Shown: piece after piece, positions 25,900 through 37,793 of the stretch
Numbering within the stretch: position 1 is the first letter of the stretch
Layout of the letters: every line of letters starts with the position of its first letter
NCBI RefSeq assembly: GCF_030684315.1
Contig: NC_081366.1
Location: forward strand, 9,863,410-9,927,409
Length of the DNA stretch: 64,000 nt
Source of the DNA: Stegostoma tigrinum
Taxonomy: Eukaryota
Direction of reading: 5' to 3'
Notes under the pieces: model-generated
What the model saw: only the letters and a program-made list of their open reading frames with translations
Database searches by the model: none
What the model was told of the DNA's origin: nothing
Program-made: the position numbers and the translations under genes

Positions 25900-26495
25900 A
25901 TTAGGATGTGGCCATTGTTGGCTGGGCTGGCATTTATTCCACATCTTTAATTGTCCCTTGAAAAAGTGGCAATGAGCTCCTGTTGTGAACTCTGGCTGTC
26001 CATATGGCGTGGTTGGACCCACAACACCATCAGCGAGGGAGTTCCAGGATTTTGGCCCCATGACATTGAAGGAACAGTGACATATGTCTTAGGATGGTGG
26101 GTGGCTTGAGAAGGATATTTCAGGCCGTGGTATTCTGTTTGTCTCCTGCCCTCGTCCTTCTGGATGGCAGAAGGGTTTGGAAAATGCTGTCCGTGGAGCT
26201 TTGGTGATCTGCTGCAATGCATCTTGTAGATGGTACACACTGCTGATATTGAACATCGGGGGTGGATGGAGCGGATGGCGAAGGGAGACAGACTGAGACC
26301 TGCTCAGACTGTGCTGAGCTTCTTGCATGTTGCAGGGCTCGCCTTCATTCAGCGTATTCCATCACACTCAGGACAGTGCTGAGAGGGCAGACAGATTTTT
26401 GGGAGTCAGGAGTCAACGTTACTCGCGTCAGGATTGCCAGCCTCCGATCTGCTCTTGCAGCCACAGATTTTATTTGGCTAGTCCAACGCAGTTGA
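25900..26495 (-). mobile_element. Old CR1/L2-clade LINE 3' fragment
   Basis: Reverse complement matches the repeat at ~1250-1525, 48216-48790 and 61950-62500. Confidence 0.65.
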
Positions 26496-28629
26496 TGAAA
26501 CCTTGAGAAACACATTCCCAGTTAGAGTTAACAACACTGTGGAAGGCATGCTGTGCTATCAGAGGTGCTGTCTTTTGGATGAAACCAAGGGTTCTGTTTA
26601 CCTTTTCAGATGTTGTGAACACAGTTTGAAGAAGAACAGGGGAAGTATCCCCACCACTGTGATCAATATTACCCTTCTGTCAACATTAGTAAAGCACAAA
26701 TTAACACATTGTTATTTAATTTTGGGAGTTCTCTGTCTGCAAAATTGGCCAATATGCTTCCATCGATTGTAACAGAATCTACTTCATTGGCCGTGGAAAA
26801 GAAAAAAATTGAACGAACTACAGATTATGGAAACTGAAATTATTGGAAAAACTCAACAGGTCTGGCAGCATCTGTGGGGAGAGAAGTCAGTCAACGTTTC
26901 GGGTCCAGTGACCCTTCAAAACAAGGGTTGCATTCTGAAGAAGGTTCAACCTTAACTGTTTAACTTTAAACGTTAACTGATTCCTCTCCACAGATGCTGC
27001 CAGGCCTGTTGACTGTTTCCAGCAATTTCTGTTTTAGTTTGATTGGTTGTGAAAGGCTTTAGGAGGTCTTGAAAAGTTGGAAGGTACTAAAGCAATGCAC
27101 TCTCTTTCTTTTTATTCCTTTGATCTTTACAACTGGAAAGTCACCCAGCAGACAACTAGATGAACAGGTTTATATCTCCTTGAAAAATGAACCAGACATC
27201 TGTTAAACCAGAAGCACAGAGACTATGAGTATTGATGTTCATTGTAACACAGTGTGGAGCTGGGGGAACACTGAAATTCTGAAGAAGGGTCTTGACCCAA
27301 AGCGTCAGCTTTCCTGCTCCTCTGATGCTGCCTGACCTGCTGTGTTCTTCCATCTCCACACTGTGTTATCTCAGACTCCAGTATCAGCAGTTTTTACTAA
27401 CTCTATGTTCATTGTGTATTGTAAAACTGAAAGCTGCTCCTCTCTGAAACCTGTCTCTGGCTTTTGCCAATTTGAAACGCTGGCACCTCTCCCTCCTCCC
27501 CTGAAACCATTGCCTCTTCCTCAAAATATACTCACTCATTGAATATTGTTGACTCTGGCTGGGCCAACATTTATTGCCCATCTGTAATTGTCCTGGAGAA
27601 GGTGGTGGTGAGGTGCCTTCTTGAACCGTTGCAGTCCATGGGGTGTAGGAAGACCACAATGCCATCAGGAGGGGAGTTCCAGGACTAACCCAGCAACACT
27701 GAAGGAATGGTGATATATTTCCAAGTTAGGATGGTGCAAGGGTTGGGGAAAGATCTTGTAGGGAGTGGTGTTCCCACGCACCTGCATGGTAGTGGCATGG
27801 TGGTAATGGCAATGGATGAGATATCTAGGACCTCCTGCCAATGGTTGGGGGCATGCACAGGACAGATAGTTCCTTTTAGTTGAGGGGTGAAAAGTGAAGG
27901 GGCATGATTTTAATGTGTTGGGCAGGAGGTTGAGAACAGATTTGAGGAATTTCTTCTTCGCCCAGACCATGATCTGGGATGCACTGCCTGGGAGAGTAGT
28001 TAACCTCACAATCTTTAAAAAGTACATGGATGAGTACTTGAAGTGTCATAACATTCAAACGTATGAACCTCGTGCTGGAGAGTGGGATTAGATGAGATAG
28101 TTCAGCATAGATTCAATGGTCTGAAGGGCCTCTTCTGTGTTGTATTTATGGCTCAATGGATTCAAGTCCCATCATGGCAAATAAAATCTGGAATTATATG
28201 GTCACCATTTGTTGAAAAGACCCATCTGGTTCACAAATGTCCTTCAGGGAAGGAAATTGGCCATCCCTATGTGGTCTGACCTACATGTGACTGCAGACCA
28301 ACAGCAATGTAGCTGACTCTGAAATATCTGAGCAAACCTCTCAGTGGCACTGAACTCCCACACTCCCTTTTTAATGATCTGATGTAAGTGATTGATCTCA
28401 GAGGGGAGCTCAGTTGTGAGGGTTAATTTCAGAGCTCAATGGAGATGAGAGGAGGTGAATTCACTTCAAAAATACCTGTCAAAATTTAGCTTCAAGTACT
28501 GTGAGGTCTAGAAAATTCGCGTGAATTTACATAGAAAAGAAGTTTGATAACCATTGGGAATATCATTTAATTCTTCTACTTCTGCTGCTGGGAGTCCAAA
28601 TACTCAATAGATCCATGTAAAGTCTAGAA

Positions 28630-28892
28630 GATCCTAGAACGCCTACAGTGTGGAAACAGGCCATTTGGCTCCACACTACAACAATGAAGAGCATCCCACC
28701 CAACCCATCGTTGCAACACTGCCTTTCCCATGGCTCATCCAGCTAACCTGCACATCTTTGGACTGTAGGAGGAAACCCACACAGATACAGCAAGAATGGA
28801 CAAACTCCACACAGACAGTTCCCCCGAGGCTGGAATCCAGGTCCCTGGGGCTGTGAGGCAGCAGTGCTAACCACTGAGCCACTGTGCTGCCC
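28630..28892 (-). mobile_element. HE1-like SINE
   Basis: gtgaggcagcagtgctaaccactgagccactgtgctgccc is the reverse-complemented SINE head. Confidence 0.8.
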
Positions 28893-29216
28893 CAGATACT
28901 GATATAGTACGTGACTAAATCACCTAATAAAGACCATCCATAAGAAATAGGAGCAGGAGCAGGCCTTTCAGCCCTTGAGCCTGGTCCGTTATTTAATAGG
29001 ATTGCAGCTGCTCCAGTACTCCCACTTTTCCTGCCTATCCCTGTCAACGCTCTAAAGGAGTTCATGACACTGAAAAATAATTCCTTGAAAACCAAATAAA
29101 ACAGTAGCCCCAATATTCAAAAATATCCCTTAGGAACATCTCAAGAAAAACTTGATTAAAAGCAAAACATTTGTGTGCCCCGATCAGCCATTTAATCTGA
29201 GCAGGGAGAGAGATAT

Positions 29217-30530
29217 TAAGATAATAAAATGTGAGGCTGGATGAACACAGCAGGCCAAGCAGCATCTCAGGAGCACAAAAGCTGACGTTTCGGGCCTAGA
29301 CCCTTCATCAGAGAGGGGGATGGGGGGAGGGAACTGGAATAAATAGGGAGAGAGGGGGAGGCGGACCGAAGATGGAGAGCAAAGAAGATAGGTGGAGAGG
29401 GTGTAGGTGGGGAGGTAGGGAGGGGATAGGTCAGTCCAGGGAAGACGGACAGGTCAAGGAGGTGGGATGAGGTTAGTAGGTAGCTGGGGGTGCGGCTGGG
29501 GGTGGGAGGAAGGGATGGGTGAGAGGAAGAACCGGTTAGGGAGGCAGAGACAGGTTGGACTGGTTTTGGGATGCAGTGGGTGGGGGGGAAGAGCTGGGCT
29601 GGTTGTGTGGTGCAGTGGGGGGAGGGGATGAACTGGGCTGGTTTAGGGATGCAGTGGGGGAAGGGGAGATTTTGAAACTGGTGAAGTCCACATTGATACC
29701 ATATGGCTGCAGGGTTCCCAGGCGGAATATGAGTTGCTGTTCCTGCAACCTTCGGGTGGCATCATTGTGGCAGTGCAGGAGGCCCATGATGGACATGTCA
29801 TCAAGAGAATGGGAGGGGGAGTGGAAATGGTTTGCGACTGGGAGGTGCAGTTGTTTGTTGCGAACTGAGCGGAGGTGTTCTGCAAAGCGGTCCCCAAGCC
29901 TCCGCTTGGTTTCCCCAATGTAGAGAAAGCCGCACCGGGTACAGTGGATGCAGTATACCACATTGGCAGATGTGCAGGTGAACCTCTGCTTAATGTGGAA
30001 TGTCATCTTGGGGCCTGGGATGGGGGTGAGGGAGGAGGTGTGGGGACAAGTGTAGCATTTCCTGCGGTTGCAGGGGAAGGTGCCGGGTGTGGTGGGGTTG
30101 GAGGGCAGTGTGGAGCGAACAAGGGAGTCACGGAGAGAGTGGTCTCTCCGGAAAGCAGACAGGGGTGGGGATGGAAAAATGTCTTGGGTGGTGGGGTCGG
30201 ATTGTAAATGGCGGAAGTGTCGGAGGATAATGCGTTGTATCCGGAGGTTGGTAGGGTGGTGTGTGAGAACGAGGGGGATCCTCTTGGGGCGGTTGTGGCG
30301 GGGGCGGGGTGTGAGGGATGTGTCGCGGGAAATGCGGGAGACGCGGTCAAGGGCGTTCTCAATCACCGTTGGGGGGAAGTTGCGGTCCTTAAAGAACTTG
30401 GACATCTGGGATGTGCGGGAGTGGAATGTCTTATCGTGGGAGCAGATGCGGCGGAGGCGGAGGAATTGGGAATAGGGGATGGAGTTTTTGCAGGAGGGTG
30501 GGTGGGAGGAGGTGTATTCTAGGTAGCTGT
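29217..30530 (-). mobile_element. Young Penelope-like element with 13-bp TSD, ~770 bp upstream of the CD74 ATG
   Basis: Uninterrupted 289-aa ORF 29536..30405 (linker plus GIY-YIG); GGGAGAGAGATAT at 29204-29216 and 30531-30543. Confidence 0.93.
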
Positions 30531-30717
30531 GGGAGAGAGATATGGCAACATCACTGGAGGTATAATCTAGAATTCCTAGCTAATGCTCTGTGATACATGC
30601 TTAAATTTCACCAATGACATTTATTTTCAATGAGCAAAATCTGGAATCAAACGGTTGTGTCATTTGGAAACTGTGACTGTTTAATAAAAACATTTGATTT
30701 TCACCAGAGAGAACAAT

Positions 30718-30903
30718 CTGTGGAGCTGGATGAACACAGGAGGCCGGGCAGCATCAAAGGAGCAAGAAAGCTGATGTTTCAGGTCTGGACCATCCTTCAG
30801 AGAAGCTTTCCTGCTCCTCTGATGCTGCTTGGCCTGCTGTGTTCATCCAGCTCCACACCTTGTTATCTCGGATTCTCCAGCATCTGCAGTTCCTATTATC
30901 TCT
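30718..30903. mobile_element. Fold-back mini-Penelope
   Basis: gtggagctggatgaacac...gtgttcatccagctccac inverted arms plus tail. Confidence 0.8.
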
Positions 30904-31127
30904 GATCTCAATGGGCCACTGTTTGATTGTAAGGCTTATCATGGATTCACGCTTTCCCCTTGGGTCTTTCCTCTCTGAATACTGCATGGGAAGAGGCTGG
31001 TGAGGGAGTGTCAGCTGCATGCTTGAGGTCTTGAGCAAGCTCACAGTCTTCTGCCTGAGGGACGAGCTAGTGGAGCAGCGCCGACTACTTATATTTGAGA
31101 TCGACTCGTGTTCGGTGGAATACGGTA

Positions 31128-31176
31128 GGGACTTTCCAAGCCGTCTGAGCACGAACTTCCTCCTCAGCATTGGCTG
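31128..31176 (+). promoter_or_regulatory. CD74 proximal promoter: NF-kB site, PU.1/Ets site, inverted CCAAT
   Basis: GGGACTTTCC at 31128-31137 (canonical kB); ACTTCCTCCT at 31155-31164 (GAGGAAGT on - strand); ATTGG at 31169-31173; 125-170 bp upstream of the ATG. Confidence 0.7.
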
Positions 31177-31298
31177 AGCGGCAATTAAAAAAAAACCCAG
31201 ATCAACCTGCACATATCGCTCTGTCTCAGCTCTGGAGTGAAGTCTCTTGTGTTGTAGGTAGCTCTGTCTCAGTTCAGCTTAGTGGAGACTGTCTCATC

Positions 31299-31399
31299 AT
31301 GTCAGCCGACGAGCAGCAGAATGCTTTGCTGAACAATTCGCAGCAGGATATCGCTAGCCAGACTAGTGTGGAAACGAGGACTACTGTCGCCAGCCAGAG
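31299..31399 (+). CDS. CD74: CD74 exon 1 coding part (cytoplasmic tail MSADEQQNALLNNSQQDIASQTSVETRTTVASQ)
   Basis: ATG at 31299 (atcATGt); acidic residues plus Leu-Leu as in Ii sorting signals; donor AG|GTGAGA at 31400, phase 2, compatible with exon 2; kB/PU.1/CCAAT sites just upstream. Confidence 0.85.
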
Positions 31400-34300
31400 G
31401 TGAGATTCAGATCGTGATCAGCCCTTCTGTTTTAGCATCTACAAGAAAATCTTTGTGGAATTGTTTGCTGGGATTGAAAGGATATGCTTTCTGGAGGGAC
31501 TCTAGCTATGCAGAGAGAAGTAGAGTTAATATTTCTAGTCTGGTGTAACTTCATAACTCAGTTCTAGGTACTAGAAAAAGAATTAAATCAGGCTGGAAAT
31601 ATTAACTCTCTCTGTCTCTCATGATGTCATAGGTATCTCCAGCATTTTCTGCATCTTTTTTTCAGATTTCCACCCTCTGGAGTGTTTTGCCATTTTATTT
31701 GCTGCTTGCTTAGTGGAGTCTCATGCGTGAGCGGTGCCTTAGCTTTATTTTCTTTGCGGGGAATTGTCTATTTCTTAAAACTCTCAGGCTTTGTCAGCAT
31801 TTGCTGGTCGTCCCTAATTGTCACTTGAGCTGCCTTCTTGAAGCACCGCAGTCCTGGGGATAGAGGTGAACGGGGGGAATTCCACGATTTTGACCCAGTG
31901 ACAGCGTGGAATTGCAATATAGTTCCAAGTCGGGATGGTGTGTTCCACTGCAGAAGATTAAGGCATTTTAGAACAAAACTCTGCCTTCTGTGGTAAATGT
32001 AGCTGATCATTAAAGGAACCGGAGAGTGGTTCCCTCAGTGAGGAAATTAGAAGTTGCTGAAAAGCTCAGCGGGTTTGGCAAAATCTGTGGAGAGAAAGCA
32101 GAGATAATATTTCGGGTTGAGTGACCCATCCTCAGGATTGTGACATTTTGTGCGAAATGAACCATTTTCTCTTTAATATCACTATGTGGGACGTGTAACA
32201 GTTGCTCAGATCCAGAATCTCAATAGTTCTAGCTACATTTTATTTTGTATTTTAGAGACCTGGTCAAATTATCACTCAACCAACATCGCACACAATTTGG
32301 GGAAAAAAAATGCGTGATTTGGTCATTTTATTACATCATTGTTTGTGGAATCTTGCTGTGCAATTTTTGGCTGTATTTTCTACATTACTAACTTTAAAGG
32401 ACTTCATAAAATTCATTGTACGTTTGCAAATATTTCTCCTCTAACCATTTTTAATTCTTGTACCTTTTATATATTGCAAAACCAGAGAAGTTTTGCCAGA
32501 TTCTGGGAGCAAGCGTCAGTTTTCTTCGGATGGTTCAGTCTCTACACAAAGGGAGCTCGACTCTGTGTGAAATGAATCATTATCTCTGTTTAATGTCTGT
32601 ACATGGGACTTAGCAGCAGCTCGATCAGAATCTAAACAGTTCTATCTGGGATCTGAGTTTAGATTTTTGTTTTGTTTGTTTTCCTTAGGCAACTGTATAT
32701 TTCTTTTATTGTATTTTAAACTTTGAAGCCTGTCAGATCTTACTCTGTTTCCTGAAGCTAGATCTCTGCCTTTCAAAAACATCAAACCAGCCAAGTAGAA
32801 AAGAGTCTCTTAAATGTTGATGCGGCTCTGTGCTCTCTGTCATTATTTGCCAAGTTTAAACAGGACTGACAACGTCACTCAACTACACTCAGATCCACAA
32901 ACAATTACCCCACCAGGAGTCGCTACTGAGCCATGAATTGCTGCTGATTTAGTGCAGATCCAAGTGAAAGTGAGCAGGAGGAACAAAATGTGAATCTTTT
33001 CCAGAGGGGGAAAAGCCAGTTTTAAAATCCTAGCAATCAAGTATTTGCTCCTTAGTTCCTGACTGCTGGCCTCCTGCACTCTTGTGTGTTTGTACCGAAG
33101 CTCCATTCTGAACTGCAGAAGCCAGTCAGAGCAGTCTGTCCTGTCCACCACAATTTTTTTTGGCTTTTCTTTCTAAAATGACTAGTTTTGGTTCGGATCT
33201 CGACTATGTATACCTTCAGCTGACACTCCATTTGGTACATGCCATAACCAGTGCACTCACCACACTCGCACACACTAACGCTCGGAGACATAGGCATTCA
33301 CGCACACAGATGAATACGTACTTGCCCATTGCACATGCAGAAACAGTTGTGCAGAAATACACAGATGCCTACTCGGATACAGAACACCCACACACAAAGC
33401 ACATGCCTTGTGGGCATTGGCCAGGAACAAGATCTTTAGCTATATTTGAATTTTTCTCCTAACTCCAGAGTATCACTGAGCCCTTTTTTTGTTTTTTTTA
33501 ATTTTCTGGGTGTGAGACACTTTCAGTCATGTTTTAAGCTGCTATCCGTTTGAACCAGGCATTAAGGATAATGTCTGGGTTCAACTGATGTTGAAAAGTT
33601 TACATGTTTAAACGTGTCCTTCCTTTGAAGGAGTCATTGTCAAACAAGATCTGGATGGATCTTGGTACATACATTCACCATTGTCTAGAAAGGGAGTTAC
33701 ATTGCAGTGTTATGTTATTAGATTATTAGACGTGGATCATGTGTATTGGGATGTCACAATCCTGTAACTGTAATTGACTTTGGAGGGTGAATCTTTGGTC
33801 ATAAGTACCTTTTATATTGAGTTTGTATTCTCACAGGTTAGAATGTGATTTGCAGCTCACCTCTTTCCTGAGACTCTCTAGCTGAAGCCTAAAAGAGAAA
33901 ATAATGTTTTAAAATAAAATCAGGGATTCAGCAATTAACACGAACACCGGTAGTAAAACAAAGAGGAGTTAATGGGAGCACATACGTTTCTTTTACCAGG
34001 TTTGCTCCCTCTCCCAAACAAAATAGCTGCCCTTCTGTTGCCAGAATGTTCTTGTTGAGATATCTCAGCTGAGTTGGAGCTGGGAAGTAGTTCCACAAAA
34101 AAAAACCTGTGGAATAGTCTCGTAATCAGGCATGATCCACAAGTTACATTTTTCATTTGGCTGATCAATAAATGGGCCATTTGTTTGAGGGGAATAATGC
34201 CAAAATGGCATCAAAAATGGCCATTGTTCTACCAGTGGGTGCAACAAAGAATTTGTGAAAACTGAGAGGTATATTTTTGAAACAATTTGGTGAATAATTT

Positions 34301-35725
34301 ATCTAGAGACGGGGAAGGGTGGGGGAAAGGGGACAGAATAAACATCTGTAATGCTTTGAAATGAACATACAGGAACTTGAACTTCAGGTGTACCTGAGGA
34401 TTTTGAGCAAGATGCTCCATTTACTAGCTTTACCGGTTCTTCCTTTTGGCCGTCCGAGTCTAATAAACAAAAAGGTCTCATTTAAATGTTTAAGAGGATG
34501 AACTCACTGAAATCACGAACGCTGTGCAGAAAAACAGATAACACAAACAGCCAAACTTCGACATGCATATACAGGTCACTCTTGAGCTTTATTTTGAAGT
34601 CCCCAAAATGACTTGGACCAGTATACGTCATTTGCAAGTATTATTGATTTTCTTTTTCCCCCAGCTCATTCTATATTTTGAATTCGCATTCTGGCTGCGT
34701 TAATCCCTTCCATTCAATCTCCTTTTAAATGTACAGCAATCAGAACAACAGGGTGATTGCTGGAGGAGCCAGACTGAGGAGCAGCACTGAATTGGCTGGC
34801 TCTTTCAAAGACCCAACACAGCCAATGGGCTGAATGGCCTCTATTCCTGCTGTAAGATTCTGTGAGGATTTGAGAGACTGTTTAAGTATTTTAAAACAAT
34901 TTTGTGAACCAATTGCGCTGGAGTAAATCCTCAGTTTCTGCCTCGAGTGGACTGTAGATCTAATTATCCCACCTCAAGCTGCACCCCCATTTCCTACCTA
35001 CTATTTTCTACTAAGCTCATCCCGCCCCCATGACCTGTCCGTCCTCCCTGGACTGACCTATCCCCTCCCTACCTACACTCACCTCTAGTGGCTTCATCCC
35101 TGCCTCTTTGACTGGTCTGTCTCCTCTCCACCTATCTTCTCGTTTATCCATCTTCTATCCACCTCCCCCTCTCTCCCTATTTATTTCAGAATGCCCTTCC
35201 GTTGCCCCATTTCTGATTAAGGGTCTAGGCCTGAAATGTCAGCTTTTCTGCTCCTCTGATGCTGCTTGGCCTGCTGTGTTCGTCCAGCTCTACACTTTGT
35301 TATCTCGGATTCTCCAGCATCTGCGGTTCCTACTATCTCGGGTCATAAAACCTGCTCAGTTTTCACTTCAGTTTATCATGCTGCAATGCCATACTCTATA
35401 ATGGAGTGATCCACTGGCAGATTACTGCCTGTTGCTGGTGAGCGCTGGCTAGTTAATTCAACACTTATCGCACTAGATTTCATTTGTAGCCCAGGGTAGT
35501 TCATCAAGACGGAATTATTTTGTTGCCCTTGCCGGCTTCAGATGCGCCTCTCGCGTGGTCTCTCTCCAACAAATAGAGAAGAAGTCATTTTTGACTGGAA
35601 TATAGGAGCAGAAGCAGGCTAGTCAGCCCATTGAGTCTGCTCAACCCTGAAGCTTTTGGTCAAGGTATCTTGGTGTGTGTCAATAAATATTGAGCAGGAA
35701 ACTGGGTGAGTGTTCTGCTTCCGCA

Positions 35726-35886
35726 AGAAGTGAAACCAACTGGGTGGAAAAAAAATCAGAAACGAACCCTAGAATGATCTGAATCACTCTGAGCGATTGT
35801 TTGCTATAAAGGCCAGTGGAATTTTCCAGAATTCCTGACTCAATGGCAGTTGAGATTGTTTCACTTTCAGGCAGGAGGGATTTTCC
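35726..35886 (+). promoter_or_regulatory. Candidate intron 1 immune enhancer (IRF half-site, kB, AP-1, ISRE, kB)
   Basis: AAGTGAAAC at 35728-35736, GGAATTTTCC at 35818-35827, TGACTCA at 35836-35842, GTTTCACTTTC at 35858-35868 and GGGATTTTCC at 35877-35886, in non-repeat DNA. Confidence 0.55.
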
Positions 35887-36084
35887 ACAGCAACTTGCAA
35901 AAAAAATCTTAGTATAATAAATCCAAGTCATTAGCACAATAGTTCATCCAGAAATGCCATAATGCAGCTCCCTGAATACGTCCCAGTTGCAGAAACATCT
36001 CAAATGAACAATTCTGCCCTCCTAATCCCTCCAGAGGAAAGCCCTAACACACTTACTTTAGTACCACAACTTACCCAGACTTCT

Positions 36085-36378
36085 AGAATCCCAAAATCCC
36101 TACAATGTGAAAGCAGGCCATTCAGCCCCTCACTAATCCTTGGAAGGACATCCCACTCCAGACCCATCCTATCCCTGTATTTCCCATGACCAATCCACTT
36201 AACCTACACATTCCTTGACATTATGGGGAATATCCCATGGGCAATCCATCTAGCCTGCACATCTTTGGACTGTGGGAGGAAACTGGAGCAAACTCCACAC
36301 AGATAGTTACCTAGGGCTGGAATTGAACCTGGGTCCCCAGTGCTGTAAGACAGCAGTGCTAACCACTGAGCCGCTGTC
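36085..36378 (-). mobile_element. HE1-like SINE in CD74 intron 1
   Basis: cagcagtgctaaccactgagccgctgt reverse-complemented head; ctgcacatctttggactgtgggaggaaac core. Confidence 0.78.
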
Positions 36379-36932
36379 CACACTTATCATCTTGACCGCT
36401 GTTCCTTGTTAGGGCAGTGAATGTTGTCTGAGGGAAAAGGTCACCTGGAGTAACACAGGGGGATGATGCACAGCTTAAAGGCAAGAACCTACTGTTATTA
36501 CTATTGAACCTAATATCTACTGTTACCACAAAATGTTGCCCCTCTTAACCATGACCCCTCTTTACCACCATGTCCATTGCCTTTTTTTTTCATCGAGGTG
36601 ATTACTGACTCTTGTTTGCATTAGCTGAGTGGAAAATATTTGGGACTTTCCTGATGCTGTTTGATCTAGAGAAGCCCGAATTCCAGAAACACAACAGGAA
36701 TTGATCAAATTCTCATGAGATTCACAAATTAGGGTGGGTCATGTTGAAATCTTCAAACTTGGACAACAGTAATATTTGACAGAATGGGTTCAGTAATGAA
36801 CGTTTAATGCACTGGGTAGGAGAACAAAGCCCTGCAGCTCTTCACCAAACATCGATGGAGAAACGGGGAGAGATTGTGATCTCGAGATGTGAGTAAACCC
36901 GTGGATGGTAGGCAATATTAACACAAATGGAG

Positions 36933-37146
36933 ATAACAAAGTGTGAAGCTGGATGAACACAGCAGGCCAAGCAGCATCTCAGGAGCACAAAAGCTGACAT
37001 TTCGGGCCTAGACCCTTCATCAGACTAGGTCTAGGCCTGAAACGTCAGCTTTTGTGCTCCTGAGGTGCTGCTTGGCCTGCCGTGTTCATCCAGCTCCACA
37101 CTTTGTTATCTTGGATTCTCCAACATCTGCAGTTCCCATTATCACG
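36933..37146. mobile_element. Fold-back mini-Penelope with 15-bp TSD in CD74 intron 1
   Basis: ~85-bp inverted arms; TTAACACAAATGGAG at 36918-36932 and 37147-37161. Confidence 0.9.
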
Positions 37147-37614
37147 TTAACACAAATGGAGCTAAGTTACATCGTCTGGTTCGCTGAAACAAGCCCATCA
37201 CCTGATCAGATGTGGTGGACTCTGTTATACCAAAGCACAGAACAGGCCCTTCAGTCCAACCAGTGAACTGGGAGACATGGCCTCACTGAATGGTGGACCA
37301 GATTGATGGGCTCGATGGCCTACTCCTGCCAAAACAAGCCTTTTACTGAGCAGTTAAACGAATGTCATGAGATTTAAGGGTATTGGAGTGGGAGGGATAG
37401 TTATGGTGAGGGAGATTCAAAGACAGTTTGGTCAACAATTAAGAGCTAACCAATCCAGCAAGAATGTACCTGTTGACTGGCTGTGAGAAGAATGGGGTTG
37501 TGGGAAGAGTTGGAAGGTCACATGGTAAAAACACCCAGCATGCACCTGGACAGAGTTATGGCAACTGCTTTGAACTTAGCATTAATGGTATTCGTTCATT
37601 GTTCTTCGTTACAG

Positions 37615-37793
37615 CAGCCGCACCCGCTCCAAGGGCCTTCTCTGGGGTGGTGTGACCGTGTTGGCGGCCATACTGATCGCCGGGCAAGTTGCCAGCGTTG
37701 TTTTTTTGGTGAAGCAGCAGGGCACGATAACCCGCCTGCAGCAGACGACCAATCTCATCCAGCAGAAGTACACCTCAAGCCAGAACCGACTCC
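37615..37793 (+). CDS. CD74: CD74 exon 2 (type II transmembrane segment; SRTRSKGLLWGGVTVLAAILIAGQVASVVFLVKQQGTITRLQQTTNLIQQKYTSSQNRL)
   Basis: Pyrimidine tract plus acag|cag| acceptor; TM helix with the Ii-diagnostic AGQ followed by QQG (human LLLAGQATTAYFLYQQQG); donor C|GTACGT, phase 2 to 1. Confidence 0.93.

Noticed and set aside
31170-31298. In-frame upstream extension of CD74 (p35-like isoform)
   Set aside because: It begins at TTG inside the CCAAT box, probably upstream of the TSS; there is no upstream in-frame ATG and no Arg-based ER retention motif.
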